DNA of 64,000 bases from Azolla caroliniana (Eukaryota > Plantae > Polypodiophyta): positions 7,626,001-7,690,000 of the forward strand of contig JBHGNT010000008.1 in the NCBI GenBank assembly GCA_043228905.1, read 5' to 3'. A program made the translations under genes and the position numbers. Below the pieces are notes generated by a model. That model did no database searches and was not told where the DNA came from. It saw only the letters and a program-made list of their open reading frames with translations. This document shows positions 26,114 to 39,505 of this stretch, one piece after another (the stretch's first letter is position 1; the number at the start of each line of letters is the position of its first letter).

Positions 26114-29100
26114 TGTTAAGAAGCAAGCTCAACAAAGGTATGTGATACTTATTGCGAAATAAGCTATAGTAGATATTAACTAATTAGCTACTAGTGGACA
26201 TAAAGGTGAAACAACTATTTAGCTACAGACAGCTAATTAGCTATTGGCAGCTAATTAGCTGCATATATAAGTCACTTATGTACTTAGGTAAAAAGTAAGT
26301 GTAGTAAGTAGTAAAGAGAGTAAGAGTGTGTAGAGAGAAGTAAGAATGTAAGAACAGAAAACAGAAAAATAGACGAGAGTGAGTTGAGGTCTTCATGAAA
26401 TGGAATAAAAGCTTTTTGGTTTGCTACACAAAGGTAAGTCTCTTTCCCCTTCCCTTTTCTGTCTTGAACACTAAACAATCTAGCACATCACGATCCATTG
26501 TGCACACATAAGAGCCGTAGTGCCTTCGTAACATGGTATCAGAGCTGAGTTGCTCATAAAGAAGATTAGAACAGTATAGATCTGAGAAAGGTTGTCTCAC
26601 TGTTTGTTGATCTGAATCAAAGAGTTGTCAGTGAAGTTAATCATAACAAAAGCCCTAATTGAAAGAGAAAATGGCTACAGAAAGTGGAGGCCAAATAGTC
26701 ACAGAAAAGTTGGATAAAAACAATTTCCCGGCGTGGAAATTCAGAATGACAAATTTCCTGATGGGAAAAGGATACTGGGATTACATTGAAGGAGACCTAG
26801 AAGTGGCTCTAGAGATCCCTAAAGAAAATGCAACTGGTGCACATATTAAAGCTTTTAAGCAATGGAATCAAGGGGCAAGAAAGGTATTTCATTGGCTCTC
26901 ACTTAGCATCTCAGATTTGATGCTTGGACACATATAGGATGCTATGCTTCCAAAAGAAGCTTGGGACAGTTTAGTAAAACTGTTTGCAGTGAACACAAAG
27001 GCAAGAAACCTTCAGTTGAAAATTGAGCTAAATACCTTGGAAAAAGGTAAGATGTTAGTGAATGAGTATGCATTGAAAATAAAGAGCATATGTGAATCAC
27101 TTGGTTCTATTAATGTGAAGGTAGAAGATGATGATAAGGTGGAAATATGCTTAAGAGGTTTAGGACCTCTATTGAGAATCAAGCTCAACATAGCAAAATG
27201 TGTGAACACACCTTTTGAGAATCTATGATTACTCAAAGGTCAAGAGTCACACCACTACTCTCTACACATTAACTATGTGTCATGGAATCATATTCTATGA
27301 CACATAACTAATGAGTTACATATTCCCCATGACTATGAGTCTTCAAGTTCCCCAAGAGAGAGTGGTTGTTGTAAGTTAATGAAGAGAGAGATTGACTCTA
27401 TATAAAGCACCCTCCTCATACTTCATAAAAAGTTGGTTGTGACTCCTTGTAATGCTACATTTTCATTTATCATATTCTCCTTGTTAATATACATCTTCTT
27501 CTTGAGTACTTCATTTTGTCTCTTATCCATCTTATGTTTCTCTCCTCTCCTCTTTCCTCTCACACATACACATAACACACATCTCTTCCGCTACACAAGA
27601 ATCACCATTGATTCTTTACATGGTATCAGAGTGATTTGGTAGCTCGATCTAGCCCACTCGCTTCATCGTGATCGTGTGTTGTGCTCTACGCCGACGTTCA
27701 AGAAGAACCGGCTCATCGCTATCGTAGTGTGACTACATAGCACGTGTTCCAGAGAGAAGGAAAAGAAAAGAAGGAAGAAATCTATATCGACAATGAATAC
27801 TCAAATGGGGAGCGCTCTCCCTAGTGAGAAGTTGGATCGCAACAACTTTGCATCTTGGGAGTGCAAGATGCACCAATACCTTGTCGGCCTAGGCTATTGG
27901 AGCTACATCAAAGGAGCACAAGAAAATCGGCCCAAGCCGGAAGATGCCGACTATGCAACATGGGAGCAAGCGTCAAGCCGAGTGATGTATTGCTTGGTGA
28001 CATGTGTTCACGACCACATGCTCGGGTACATTCGAGAAGCCAAGACACCGAAGGAAGTGTGGGAGAATCTACGAAAGATTTTCGCCGCCAACACGACCGC
28101 GAGGAAGCTTCAACTCCGCCAAGAGTTGAACATCCAACAAAGGGATATGTCCATCACAAGCTACACCTTGAAGATCAAGGAGCTTTGTGATGCAATCGGC
28201 TCAATAAGCTTCAATGTGGAGGATGACAAAATGGTGCAAATATGCCTCGGCGGCCTTGCACCACGATTCTGCGCGATGCGGACAGCCGTACTAGCATGGG
28301 AGAATCCACCCTCCTTCTTTGATCTTCAACCTATGTTGTTGGTCGAAGAAAACCATGTTCGAACGAGGAGCAACACCTCAGAAGGCCACATGCTCTACAC
28401 ACATTCGGACGGAGGAAGAGGACATGGCCATGCAAGAAGAGGCCGATTCGGCCAAGGACGAGGCGGACGAGGCCCGACTTATGAAAACAACTTGCAATTT
28501 CGGCATCAAGACGGAAGCCATCGAGGAACCTTCAGAAGAAGGGGGAGCTTCCATTCCGGTCCGAACCGACAAAGCTCGGTCGAATGCGGATATTGCGGGA
28601 AAGTTGGCCAACACAAAGAAGAATTTCGTAAGAAGCTATGCGAGTCGGCTTCCACTAGCCGACAACTCACCAACTACGCCATCAACTCCGACTATGACGA
28701 TTGCGGGAGAATGTTCGTGATGAGACATAGAGTGAATTCTATGCCGGCCTCTACTTCTACTAATGCCTCCGGTCCGGAAGATGTATGGTTCGTCGATTCC
28801 GGTGCCTCGAACCATATGACGTCGCATCAAGAATGGTTCCGAGAACTTCGATAGCCGGACCGACCCGGCTATGTCGAAATTGGAGACGATACTACGCACT
28901 CGATTCGGCACATTGGCAATGTTCCATTCGGAGAAGAAGGTAAGCAAACTTATATTAAAAATTTCTTGCATGTACCAATTATCACAAAGAATTTGGTCTC
29001 CGTCGGCCAAATTGTAGAGCAAGGAATGCAAGTACGATTTAATCAAGGCGATTGCTTCATCGAAAAATAGGGCCAACTCATCGCACGCGGACGAAGAGAG

Positions 29101-31718
29101 GGCCGAATGTTCATTCTTGACACACACGAGATGAAATCGGCCATGTTCGCAAAGGGCATGAAAACCGATTCCGACATAGAGTTATGGCACTAGCGGATTG
29201 GCCATATAAACCTCCAAAAGCTCAAGGCAATGCAATCGAAAGGAGTCGTCATCGGGCTCATGACATTCATGGAGAAAGAGATTGAAGGCGTGTGTGCCAC
29301 TTGCCAATTCGGCAAGCAACATCGGCACCCATTTCCAAAGGACTGGAACGTGAGCAAAGGCGTACTGGATGTAATTCATTCTGATGTATGGGGTCCGGCT
29401 CAAACGACGACATTCAGCGGATGCTGATACTACGTGACCTTCATCGACAACTTCTCTAGGCACACTTGGATCTACCCGATGCGGCAAAAGAGCGAAGTGT
29501 TCAGACACTTCCAAAAATTCAAGAATGAAGCCGAGAAAGCCACGGGCCGACATGTACAATGTCTTTGGTCGGATGGAGGCAATGAGTACTCCTTCGACGA
29601 ATTTTCAGCGCTTCTACAGAAAGAAGGAATACAATGAGATTTTTCGTGTCGACATATACCACAACAAAATGGAGTGGCCGAACGCAAGAATTGGCACATC
29701 CTCGAAGTGGCATGGGCTATGCTTAACGAAAAGCACATGCCGAAATCGTATTGGGCGGAAGCAGCTAACACGGCTGTCTATCTCATGAATCGGTGTACGA
29801 CATCGGGTGTGCATGAACTTACTCCATATGATAAGTTCTTCGGAAAGAAGCCGGACCTATCGCATGTTCGAATATTTGGCTCCATTGCATACGTGCACAT
29901 CCCCAATGAGAAACGTCAAAATCTTGACCTGAAGTCGGAGAAATGTATCCTCGTAGGATACTCACTAGAGCAAAAGGGGTACAAGTGCTACAACCCCTCA
30001 ACTCGAAAATCTTGAGTAAGTCGAGACGTTGTTTTTGATGAGTCCGCATCTTGGTACGCACCAGAGACAACTTCGACTCCGATTCCGCTCGATCCGGAAT
30101 CCGCCGAACAAGAGATTGAGGATGAAGATCGCTTTACACACATGTTCGAAGGAAGTTCGATCACGAACCAACTGAGTGGACCACATGAGCCTCCGAGCGA
30201 TGAAAGCACATCTCGATCAAGTCCGAAGCTAGAGAAAGGGAAGGCCAAAATGCCGGAGTATGAAGACGATCACTTCGACGACAATGAATCGACTCACTCC
30301 CTCGATAGTGAGTTCGAAGGCCTTGAGATCCGGACAAATGGAGCAGAGAAAGGCATAGTATCCGCAAACGAGAAGCTCCGCCGATCCACCCGTGAAAAAA
30401 ACCCCTTGAGCCGATTCGGCTACAACGATTATATGGCGTACCATTACGCCTTTATGATGAAGGTAGCGACAATACGAGAACCAGAAACGTTTTCCGAAGC
30501 CACGAAGGACCCCAGATGGGTTGAAGCGATGAATGAGGAGATGCAACCACTCTTCAAGAACGAGATATGGGATCTTGTTCCCCACTCACCGCACAAGAAG
30601 GCGATTGGTTGTAGATGGATCTACAAGGTGAAGTATAACGCCGATGGCTCCATAAACCACTACAAAGCTCGACTCATAGCGAAAGGATACGCTCAGACGC
30701 ATGGTGTCGACTATGAAGAGACATTTGTCCCCGTGGCAAAGATGACGACGGTGTGGACCGTGATCGCACTTGCAGTGGAAAAAGGGTGGCACCTCCACCA
30801 AATGGACGTCAAGAACACCTTTCTTCAAGGCGAATTAGACGAGGAGGTGTACATGGTACAACCACCCGGCTTTGAATCACGCATTCATCCAAAAGCCGTA
30901 TGCCAACTCAAGAAGAGGTATGGATCAGAAGATTGTTTTCTGATTTGGGAGAATATATAGATGGTGCTGTCACAATTTGGTGTGACAATATGAGCAGCAT
31001 TCAGCTCGCAAAAAACCCAGTGTTCCATGCAAGAACGAAGCACATTGAAGTGCATTATCACTTTGTTAGAGAAAAAGTGATTGATGGAGAAGTGGATATG
31101 TTGTATGTAAGTACAAATCAGCAAGTGGCTGATATTCTTACGAAGGGATTGAGCATGGAAAAACATACACAATTTAGAGATAGGATGGGAGTTATAACCA
31201 TCGGCATGGTAGCTGAAAAGCATGAAGAAAAGAAGATTGAAGATGATCCCAAGAAAGGATAAGTTGATCTTGACGGGGAGTGTTGAGAAGCAAGCTCAAC
31301 AAAGGTATGTGATGCTTATTGAGAAATAAGCTACAGTAGCTATTAGCTAATTAGCTACTAGTGGACATAAAGGTGAAACAACTATTTAGCTATGCATAGT
31401 TGATTAGCTACTAACAGCTAATTAGCTACTGGCAGCTAAATAGTTGCATATATAAGTCACTTATGTACTTAGGTAAAAAGTAAGTGTAGTAAGTAGTATA
31501 GAGAGTAAGAGTGTGTAGAGAGAAATAAGAATGTAAGAACAAAAAACATAAAAATAGACGAGAGCGAGTTGAGCTCTGCATGAAATGGAATAGAAGCTTT
31601 TTGGTTTGCTACATAGAGGTAAGTCTCCTTCCCCTTCCCTTTTCTGTCTTGAACACTAAATGATCCAACACATCACGATCCGCTGTGCACACAGAAGAGC
31701 TGTAGTGCCTTCGTAACA
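26114..31718 (+). mobile_element. AT-rich copia element E (gag 26670-27169, RNase H tail 30916-31262) with its middle replaced by element F
   Basis: LTRs 26114-26533 and 31281-31718, PBS TGGTATCAGAGC 26534-26545, PPT 31272-31280, TSD ACCTA/ACCTG. Confidence 0.9.
27170..30915 (+). mobile_element. 3'-truncated copia element F (LTR 27170-27620, PBS 27621-27631, gag-pol pseudogene 27793-30915)
   Basis: LTR start TATTGAGA (TG>TA), end TTTACA then TGGTATCAGAG; gag-pol homologous to D and K; no second LTR. Confidence 0.85.
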
Positions 31719-33600
31719 ACCTGGACAGATTTTGTCACAATTTTCAAGGGCCAATTTCTGCAACCTCCCTCTCGAACTGAAGCAACACAAGCTTTAATGA
31801 ACCTCTTTGGTAGGAAGTTTTCCTCACTAGAAGACAATGTTCACCATGCTAGAACCCAAATCCAAAAATCGGGTGTAGAAGGGGACAATTGGTTGATAGC
31901 TTGTTTTGTCAATGGCATCCCCAATTCGGACTATCATTGGATAGTGCACGATAAGGATCCAAAATCCTTCGAAGAGGTTGTTGAAATAGCTCTTCGCTAT
32001 CAACGCACTTCGAAGGACCATAACAAACCCAACGAAGCACCCGGGACTTAGCAATCGCAATTCATTGGGAAACGCAAGACACCCAACGAATTCATGGATC
32101 GCGATTGTAAGCGACACCATCATGTTTGCGTATTCTGCAAAAAGAAGGGTCATACAAAAGAGCAATGTCGAAAGCTCCAACGGAAAGAGCATGACAAAAA
32201 AATGAAAGCTACAAACCATAAAGGTCAGATTTCTAATGTCCTTCAGGTGTATACACATCATTTAACAGAGATCCTGTCAGCATATATATACTAAGTCGTT
32301 TTCTTCCACTCTTTCAAACTGGTATCAGAGCTCAATTGGCAATGGAGATCCGACCGATTTCGACCAGTCGACACTCAAGTCGACTTTTCGGCCGACTCCC
32401 CCGCAAGGAGGGACGCCTTTACACAACAAACTCATTTTCTTCCACTCTTTCTCTTAACCAATGGTACCTTCTTTGAATGTGCTTTGTACGAGAGTGGTAG
32501 GTAGCATTTTTAGCTAGATGGATAGCACTTTGGTTGTCACAATGAAGTAAGTACTTGTCTTGCTTCATATATATCTCACACCCTCACATACGCTATGTAG
32601 GTTTTCCCCTTTTTCTCACTATTGTGAATGTTCTTTCCCTCACTATGTATTCGGACCCCATGATTTACTACGTGCAAACAGGTGTATCAATGGATCTCCC
32701 GTACAATTTTTGTTTGATTCAGGAAGCTCACACAACTTTGTGAATGATTGTTTGGTTCAGATATGGGGAATCCAACCCATCATAGGTGATCACACATATA
32801 CGGTGCACTTGGTTGATGGAAGAGTACATTACATCAACGGGGCGATTCATTCATTAGCACTTTCTATTGATACTTATATAGAGGAAGTAGACTTCCATGT
32901 AATGAATCTTTGTACCATTGATGTAATACTGGGTTATCCATGATTTTTTAATAAAAACTCATCTTTATCTATTGATTGGGTTCATCATTCAATTACTTTG
33001 GCACTGAACGATTGTACTCATTTTATTCAATGTGTTAAAAAACAATCTCTTTCGATTGTGTCCTCTCCATCAATATCCGAGTTGTCTTGTTCTGCTTTAT
33101 TTATTGTGTACTTGATCCAGACATTCACGTTTACAATATCGATAATGTCTCGATTCAATTATCATATTTTGAACAACAACTTGATGAAATCTTAAATGAT
33201 TTTCGTGATGTTTTTCCGAGTGAACTATGTTGTCTGCCTGGCCGGACTAGCCTCAACACAGGTGTCTATCCGACACTTCTCCAAAGGGGTGGTAAGGATT
33301 GGATGCTAGGTTACACGCGTAAGATGATTACACTAAGCACAGACGGTAAAACAATACAAAGATAAAGATAAACACGCAATAATTATATTTGTATTACTTC
33401 CGTAAAGCATTTACAAATCATCGGATCCTTTTATAGGCATCCAGCAAGGTTACAATCGGTGCGCTTAGGCAACCGGCATCCGAATCGGTCCGGATCCGGA
33501 TCGGTACAACTGTACCGGATCCGTCCCTCCGAATAATAATTATACTATTATTTACTTCCTATTATCCGATCCGACTCCGCCTTCCCACTTGTCCTTGCTC

Positions 33601-36600
33601 GAAACCGCAACTTTCCCGGCATGTTCCCCATCCGTGTCTGGAATAGTAGCACCGGTTTCCCGACTTCGAACTCCTTTTCGTTGCCACGCCGGTGTCGGTC
33701 CACGAAAGCTTTTCTCCTCCTTTGCTCCAGTTCGAGTTGTAGTAAGCTGGCTATCCGGTTTTCTTCTAATTCCAACAACGTCACCAGCCGGATTCGTTCG
33801 GACTCCTTCTCACTTAAGCGCTCCTTTACCTGGATCCGTAAGCTGGGGATTTGGAACTCTACCGGCATGACCGCTTCTAAACCGAATGCTAGTCGGAACG
33901 GGGTTGTCCGGATGCTGGTTTTGTACGCTGTTCGGTATGCCCATAGCGTGCTTTGCAATTTCGTATCCCAGTTGGTCTAGTTCTCGTTGACGATTTTTCG
34001 TAGGATGTTCTGCAGAGTTTTGTTCGTCGATTCCGCTAGTCCATTGGCTTGAGGGTAGTAGGGAGTACTCCTTTTATGTACCACCGCGTAAAATGACGTC
34101 AGGCTTTCTACTACCTGCCCGAGAAAGTGTCCTCCTTGGTCACTTATAAGCTCGATCGGGCATCCATACCGGCACCATATGCACTCGTACAGGAACTTTG
34201 CCGTGGACGCGGCCGTGTTGTCCCGTAAGGCCTTCGCTTCTACCCATTTGGTGCAATAGTCGGTCGCCACTATGACATACCGATTTCCGGTTTGCATTGC
34301 TGGTGGCTTGAAGGGACTGACAAAGTCCAAACCCCACTTTTGAAACGGTTCCAATGGCAAGACCGGGTGGTGTGGCATCCGGGCCTGCTCCGTGGGTTGG
34401 CCCAGTCGTTGACACAAATCGCATTCTCTGCTATACTTCACGGCATCTTTTAGGGTGGTGGGCCACCACAGTCCGCTCTGCCATATTTTCCGAGCGGTTG
34501 CGTCGCCGGCATAATGCCCGCCGGCAATTCCACAGTGGGCTTCCCTGAGGATTAGATCCTTCTCATCGCTCCGCACTGCTCGTCTCTAGATGCCATCTGC
34601 CCCCTTGTGATAGAGGGTGTCTCCAACCAAGCAGAAATGTCTGCTTCTAACTGCTACCCTTTTCCTTTCATCGCGGTCCATGTTCTCCCGGGGTACTTCG
34701 GTGCTCAGGAACTGATGCATCTCGGTTAGCCATTTGTCTTCATCGGCTACCGTTGCATCCGTTGCCGATTCCGTCGTGATCCGGAACAACTCGGCGTCGG
34801 GGAACTCATCCTGTACGCCGTCCCCTGCTTCTCTGGATTCGAGTCTGCTGAGGTGGTCCGCTACCGCATGCTTTGCCCCGGGTCGGTGGAAAATGTCGAA
34901 TTCAAATTCCTGTAACAGCAGTGTCCATCGTGCAATTTTTCCCGTCAGGGATGCCTTCGAGACCAGGTAGAGTAGTGCTGAATGGTCAACATGGAAGGAA
35001 AACTTCCTTCTGAGCAGATAGTGCCTGTACTTTGTGACACTATACACCATTCCTAGTGCCTCGCGTTCCGTCGTAGAGTAGTTCCGTTCGGCTTTTGAGA
35101 GTTTCCGGCTTGCGTAGTACACCGGCCGGTACCATTTCGGCTCCGTGAGTTGCATCAGAACGTTACCGATTGCTACGTCCGACGCGTCGACGAAGACGTG
35201 AAAGCTTTTACTCCAATCCGGCGGTTGCACCACCGGAGCTTGCGACAGCATAACCTTCAGCGCTTGGTAGGCTTTCTCCTCCGTCTCCGCCCATAGGAAG
35301 GGTACCCTGTGTACGGCGGCATGCAATGGTGTAGCGAAGTCTGCAAGGTGCCGTATCATCCGGCTATGCCACCTTATTTGGCCCAGGAACCGGCTTAGAG
35401 CCTTTGCGTTATTTGGTGCCGGTGCCTCGAGAATTGCCTTTACTTTATCCGGATCTACCGCGATTCCTTCCTTACTCACCACGTGCCCTAGTAAGTTGCC
35501 GCTTGCCACTCCAAAGACGCACTTGGCCGGGTTCAGACACAACCGGTACTCGCGGCACTTCTCTAAGCACAGCCGGAGGTGATCGAGATGCTCTCCGTGC
35601 CGGCTGTAGACCGCGAAATCGTCAAGGAAGATCTGCATAAAACCGGGGATATATTCCCCAAAAATTTCCATTATTATCCTTTGAAAGGTTGCTGCAGCCG
35701 TCTTTAGTCCGAACATCATCACGACCGCGACGAACACTCCCCATTCCGTAACGAACGCTGTCTTCTCCTGGTCAGCCGGGTTCATTCGTATTTGGTTGTA
35801 ACCGCTAAATCCATCCAGGAAGTTGTAAACTTCGTGGCCGGCTACCGCATCTAGCACCCCGTCCGTAAATGGTAGTGGAAACGCATCGGTCACCGTTGCG
35901 GCATTTAGTTTCCGGTAGTCCACGCATACCCGGATTTTGCCGTTCTTTTTCGGGACCACCACTATTGTGTTGGGAACTCGAAGTTCCTTATGTCCAACTC
36001 TCAGCCACAACCGAGATTCTTTACATACACAGAAAAACAGGTAATGTAACGCGACACAAAAGCAAGAGAGGAGAAATGGTACACAGGAGGTATACGTGGA
36101 AAAACCCCAAAATAGGGGAAAAAACCACGGCAGCCCACAAGCTGCAAACTGTCACTATGTAGAAATATACAACAGTGAGATCACCGAGGCAATGACCTCG
36201 TGCTCACACTCTCCGCAGTCGGGTACTCCTCATCCGGTTCATACCGGGCCTACACCATCCGACTCTCCGAAGTCGGGTTCTCCCCATCCGGTTCATACCG
36301 TTTCGGCTGAGGCCGACAGGCCTCGGCCGAGTTTGTTCGTCGGCACTGTTCTTCTCACTTCCCATCCGGAGGGACCTGTCTACCAACATATCGGACTCAG
36401 CCAGGTTGCCTGCTTGACCGGTCGGATAAATCCGACCTGGAGGAGCTTATCAATCTCCTCCTTCACCTTCGCCGCATAATTCGGATTCATCCGGTACCTG
36501 CGTTGAGCGATCGGTTTCGCGTCCGTACTTAGGTGAATTTGGTGCTGATAAAGCTGGGGGTCCAGCACTTGCATGTCTTCGTACGACCACGCGAACACAT

Positions 36601-39505
36601 CCTTGAAGTCTGTTAATAATGCTACCATTGCCTTCTTTTCTTCCTTTGGCAATTCCTTTGCGACATTTACCGGTCGGGGCTTGTCTGTTGTGCCGAGGTC
36701 CACCTCCTCTAGTTGGGATGCTTTTACCCTCTGGGATATCGTCATCTCCCTCTCTAGGGATTCCTGCGCTTGTCGCAGTTCCCGGATCGCCGTGATATCG
36801 ACCTCAAATAGTGGGATGATTCGTGGGTGTTCCTCGAGGTACCGATCGACTTCCTCGTCCGGTAATCCCTCCAACATGTTGATGCTTTCCGCATATAATG
36901 GAGTTGCTTCCTTACTGGCGATCACCTGTGGTTGCGTCGCTACTCGTACCTTTGTTTTCCCTCGTCAGAATGTGATCATGTTCTTTTGCCAGTTCTGCTT
37001 GATATGCGTCGTTTGCAGCCATGGTCGTCCTAGCAGCAGGGGGTACGCGCCTTGTACATTCAGCTGCAGCACCACGGCCGATATCTGGAATACGTGGCCT
37101 CCGATCGTTACTTCCAAATCCTGGATAAGCCCGGTCGGTCGGACTAAGCTGGTATCCGCCATGCGTAACTAGAAGGGGCATGGTTCCCATTCCCGGATGC
37201 CCATGTTGTCGCATGTCTGTCGGCTGATGACATTTACCCCGGAGCCTCCGTCAATAATTGTTCCGGCAATTTCCTTTCCTTTCACGATTGCCGTGATCGC
37301 CGGGCTACTTGTATCGACCACAACTGGTCCTTCCTCCGGGTTGGAGAAGAATGCCGGTGCTGGCGTCGGCTTCGGTTTGCCCACGGATGCCTGTAAGTCT
37401 GCCGTAAACCGTGGCACCAACTGTAGTAGCCATGCTAACGGTAGCACGATTTGACAGTCCTGGAGCGCTTGCCACGTCGGGTTTTCTCCTGGTTGTATGA
37501 TTTCTTCATCTTTTGGCATATTTTGGTCTCTTACTTCTGCCGCATTCTGTTCATTGGCCTCCTTGATCCATTGCGCCGCGTGTTTTCTGATTGCCTCCTG
37601 AGCTTCCCACTCGGCGGTCTTCCCCTTTGACCGGGTTGTGACCTGCTATACTTCCGTTATTTCGGTTGTAACCATGTTGACTGCCGGCTGCTTGTCATTG
37701 GTTTTGCTTGGGCATTGGTTACTATAATGGCCCTCCTTACGGCAATAATAACAGTACACCTTGTGACTGTTGCTCGCTTCTCATTTGTCCCCGGTTTGGG
37801 GGGTGGGTATACTTCGGCGGTCGTCTTCGGTTTTTCGGTTATCCGGTACCGATACTGGGTTGTCATTCCTTGCTGCCTCCCGACGTTCCTCTCTTTGGAA
37901 AAATCCACGCTTCTGATTCCGTCGGAAATTTCGATTCCCTTGTCGCCTCTCTTCTCTGCGTCGTTCGTATTCCGGGGATTCGTCTCGGTTGTACCGGTCC
38001 CGGGGGTAGCTATCTCTGCATTTCTCCTCTTGGTCATAGTTATCGCGTCTTCTATCAGCGTATCTGTTACCGCGTTCGCGTTGGTAGCGGTCGTCTCTCC
38101 GGAATCGATCCTCATCCGGGTCCTGATTGCGCGGTTCTATGTGTCGAACCGGTGCCGCCTGCCGATTTAACAGGTTATATTCGCATCGGTCCGTTGTATG
38201 GCCTCGACAGTTGCAGATCATACATTGTGTCCGCAGGTTGCAGTCTACCGTTGAGTGGCCCGAATTTAGGCATGTTGTGCATTGTAAGGCCTGTCGGAAC
38301 CTCAGGTCTTCCTCCTTCGGGAGTGCCCGGTGTAACATCCCCATCGACAAGAAGGAGCTAGTCTTGTCCATTTCCAAGACCCGATCCATAACTTGGTCCA
38401 TTGTGTTGGTGCGGAAATCAAGGACTCCGCACATCGTTCGAAGTGGCTCTTTTAGCACGGCCAAAAAGACTGCTTTAGCTTCGTCTTCGGGTGGTGCTCT
38501 CGTCAGTTGGCTGTGCAGGGTCTAAAACCGAATGATGAATTGTGGCACAGTCTCGTTCTCTTCCTGCCGGGTGGTATAGAACTGCCCGACCAATTCCCTT
38601 TGCTCAACTTGTCTGTGAAAAAGCCTGAGGAATTTGGCCTTCAAGGCATCGAATGTGGCAAAGCTGCCCGGTAAGTGCTTTGCGTGCCATCGGGCCGCCG
38701 GTCCTTCTAAGGTCATGCCGAATTCCGCGACTTTGGATCGTTCGGCTTCGGGCTCCGTCAGTCTTTGGGAGACATGGTTGGCTTCCCATGTTTGGAGGAA
38801 TGCGTACACGTGTGCCTCCGCGTCGGGCACATCCCGGTACTTTGGGTATGGGTACGGCATCGTGTCGTCCAACTGACTCTCCTGCTCTCTCCGCTCTCTG
38901 TCTGCTATTGGCGTTGGTGTGAGAACCTTCGGTTCCTCCGCAGTTGGTGCTGGTATCTGCTCCTTTGGTTCCTTCGCGGGTGTTGTCGGTATCCGCTCCT
39001 TCGGTTCCTTCGCGGGTGTTGTCGGTATCCGCTCCTTTGGTTCCTTCGCGGGTGTTGTCGGTATCCGGTCAGCCTCCCTCGGCGATTGCCGGTCACCGAA
39101 CTCCAAGGTTATTTCTTCCTCTGGCTCCGGTGTTACTGCGTCTTCCGACTCCTCTTCCCCCGGGTCGTTTGGTGTGTCGTGGCTGCTTTTATACCGGGAC
39201 GCAACGCTTCCGTCGCTTTCCGACTCCGCCTCGAGTGTTGCGAATGCTTCCGAGTCCCCGTCGCCACCGGCGAGCGTCTGCAGTATCGTTTCCGCCTCTT
39301 GCAGGCTTGTTATGCTACTGCCTTCGTCGGGGACTTGCAAAACCCGGAACTGCAGTGCTTCTTCTGCGACTCTCCGAAGAGTTCTGGAGAATGACCGATC
39401 TCGCCGGATCTCGTCGACGGCTTGCTGCAGGGCTTCCCGTCGTTGCTCTCGTTCGGTGTATCGTCTCCCTCGTTCGGTGATGTGGTCGTCGTTTGGTCTA
39501 GACAT
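33601..39505 (-). pseudogene. gag-PR-RT-RNaseH-IN of H
   Basis: TLEGPAARW and double zinc knuckle, IIDGGSGVN, MMFGLKTAAATFQR, IFLDD, FVDASD, KWGLDF, SDQGGHF, NGLAE; 36-bp repeat (RIPTTPAKEPKE) at ~38930-39065. Confidence 0.9.
35968..36388 (-). repeat. Internally deleted solo LTR of the Tnt1-like family inside the H RT
   Basis: TG...CA termini, TSD TATTG/TATCG; interrupts ATWLSP|IVVVPKK. Confidence 0.9.
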
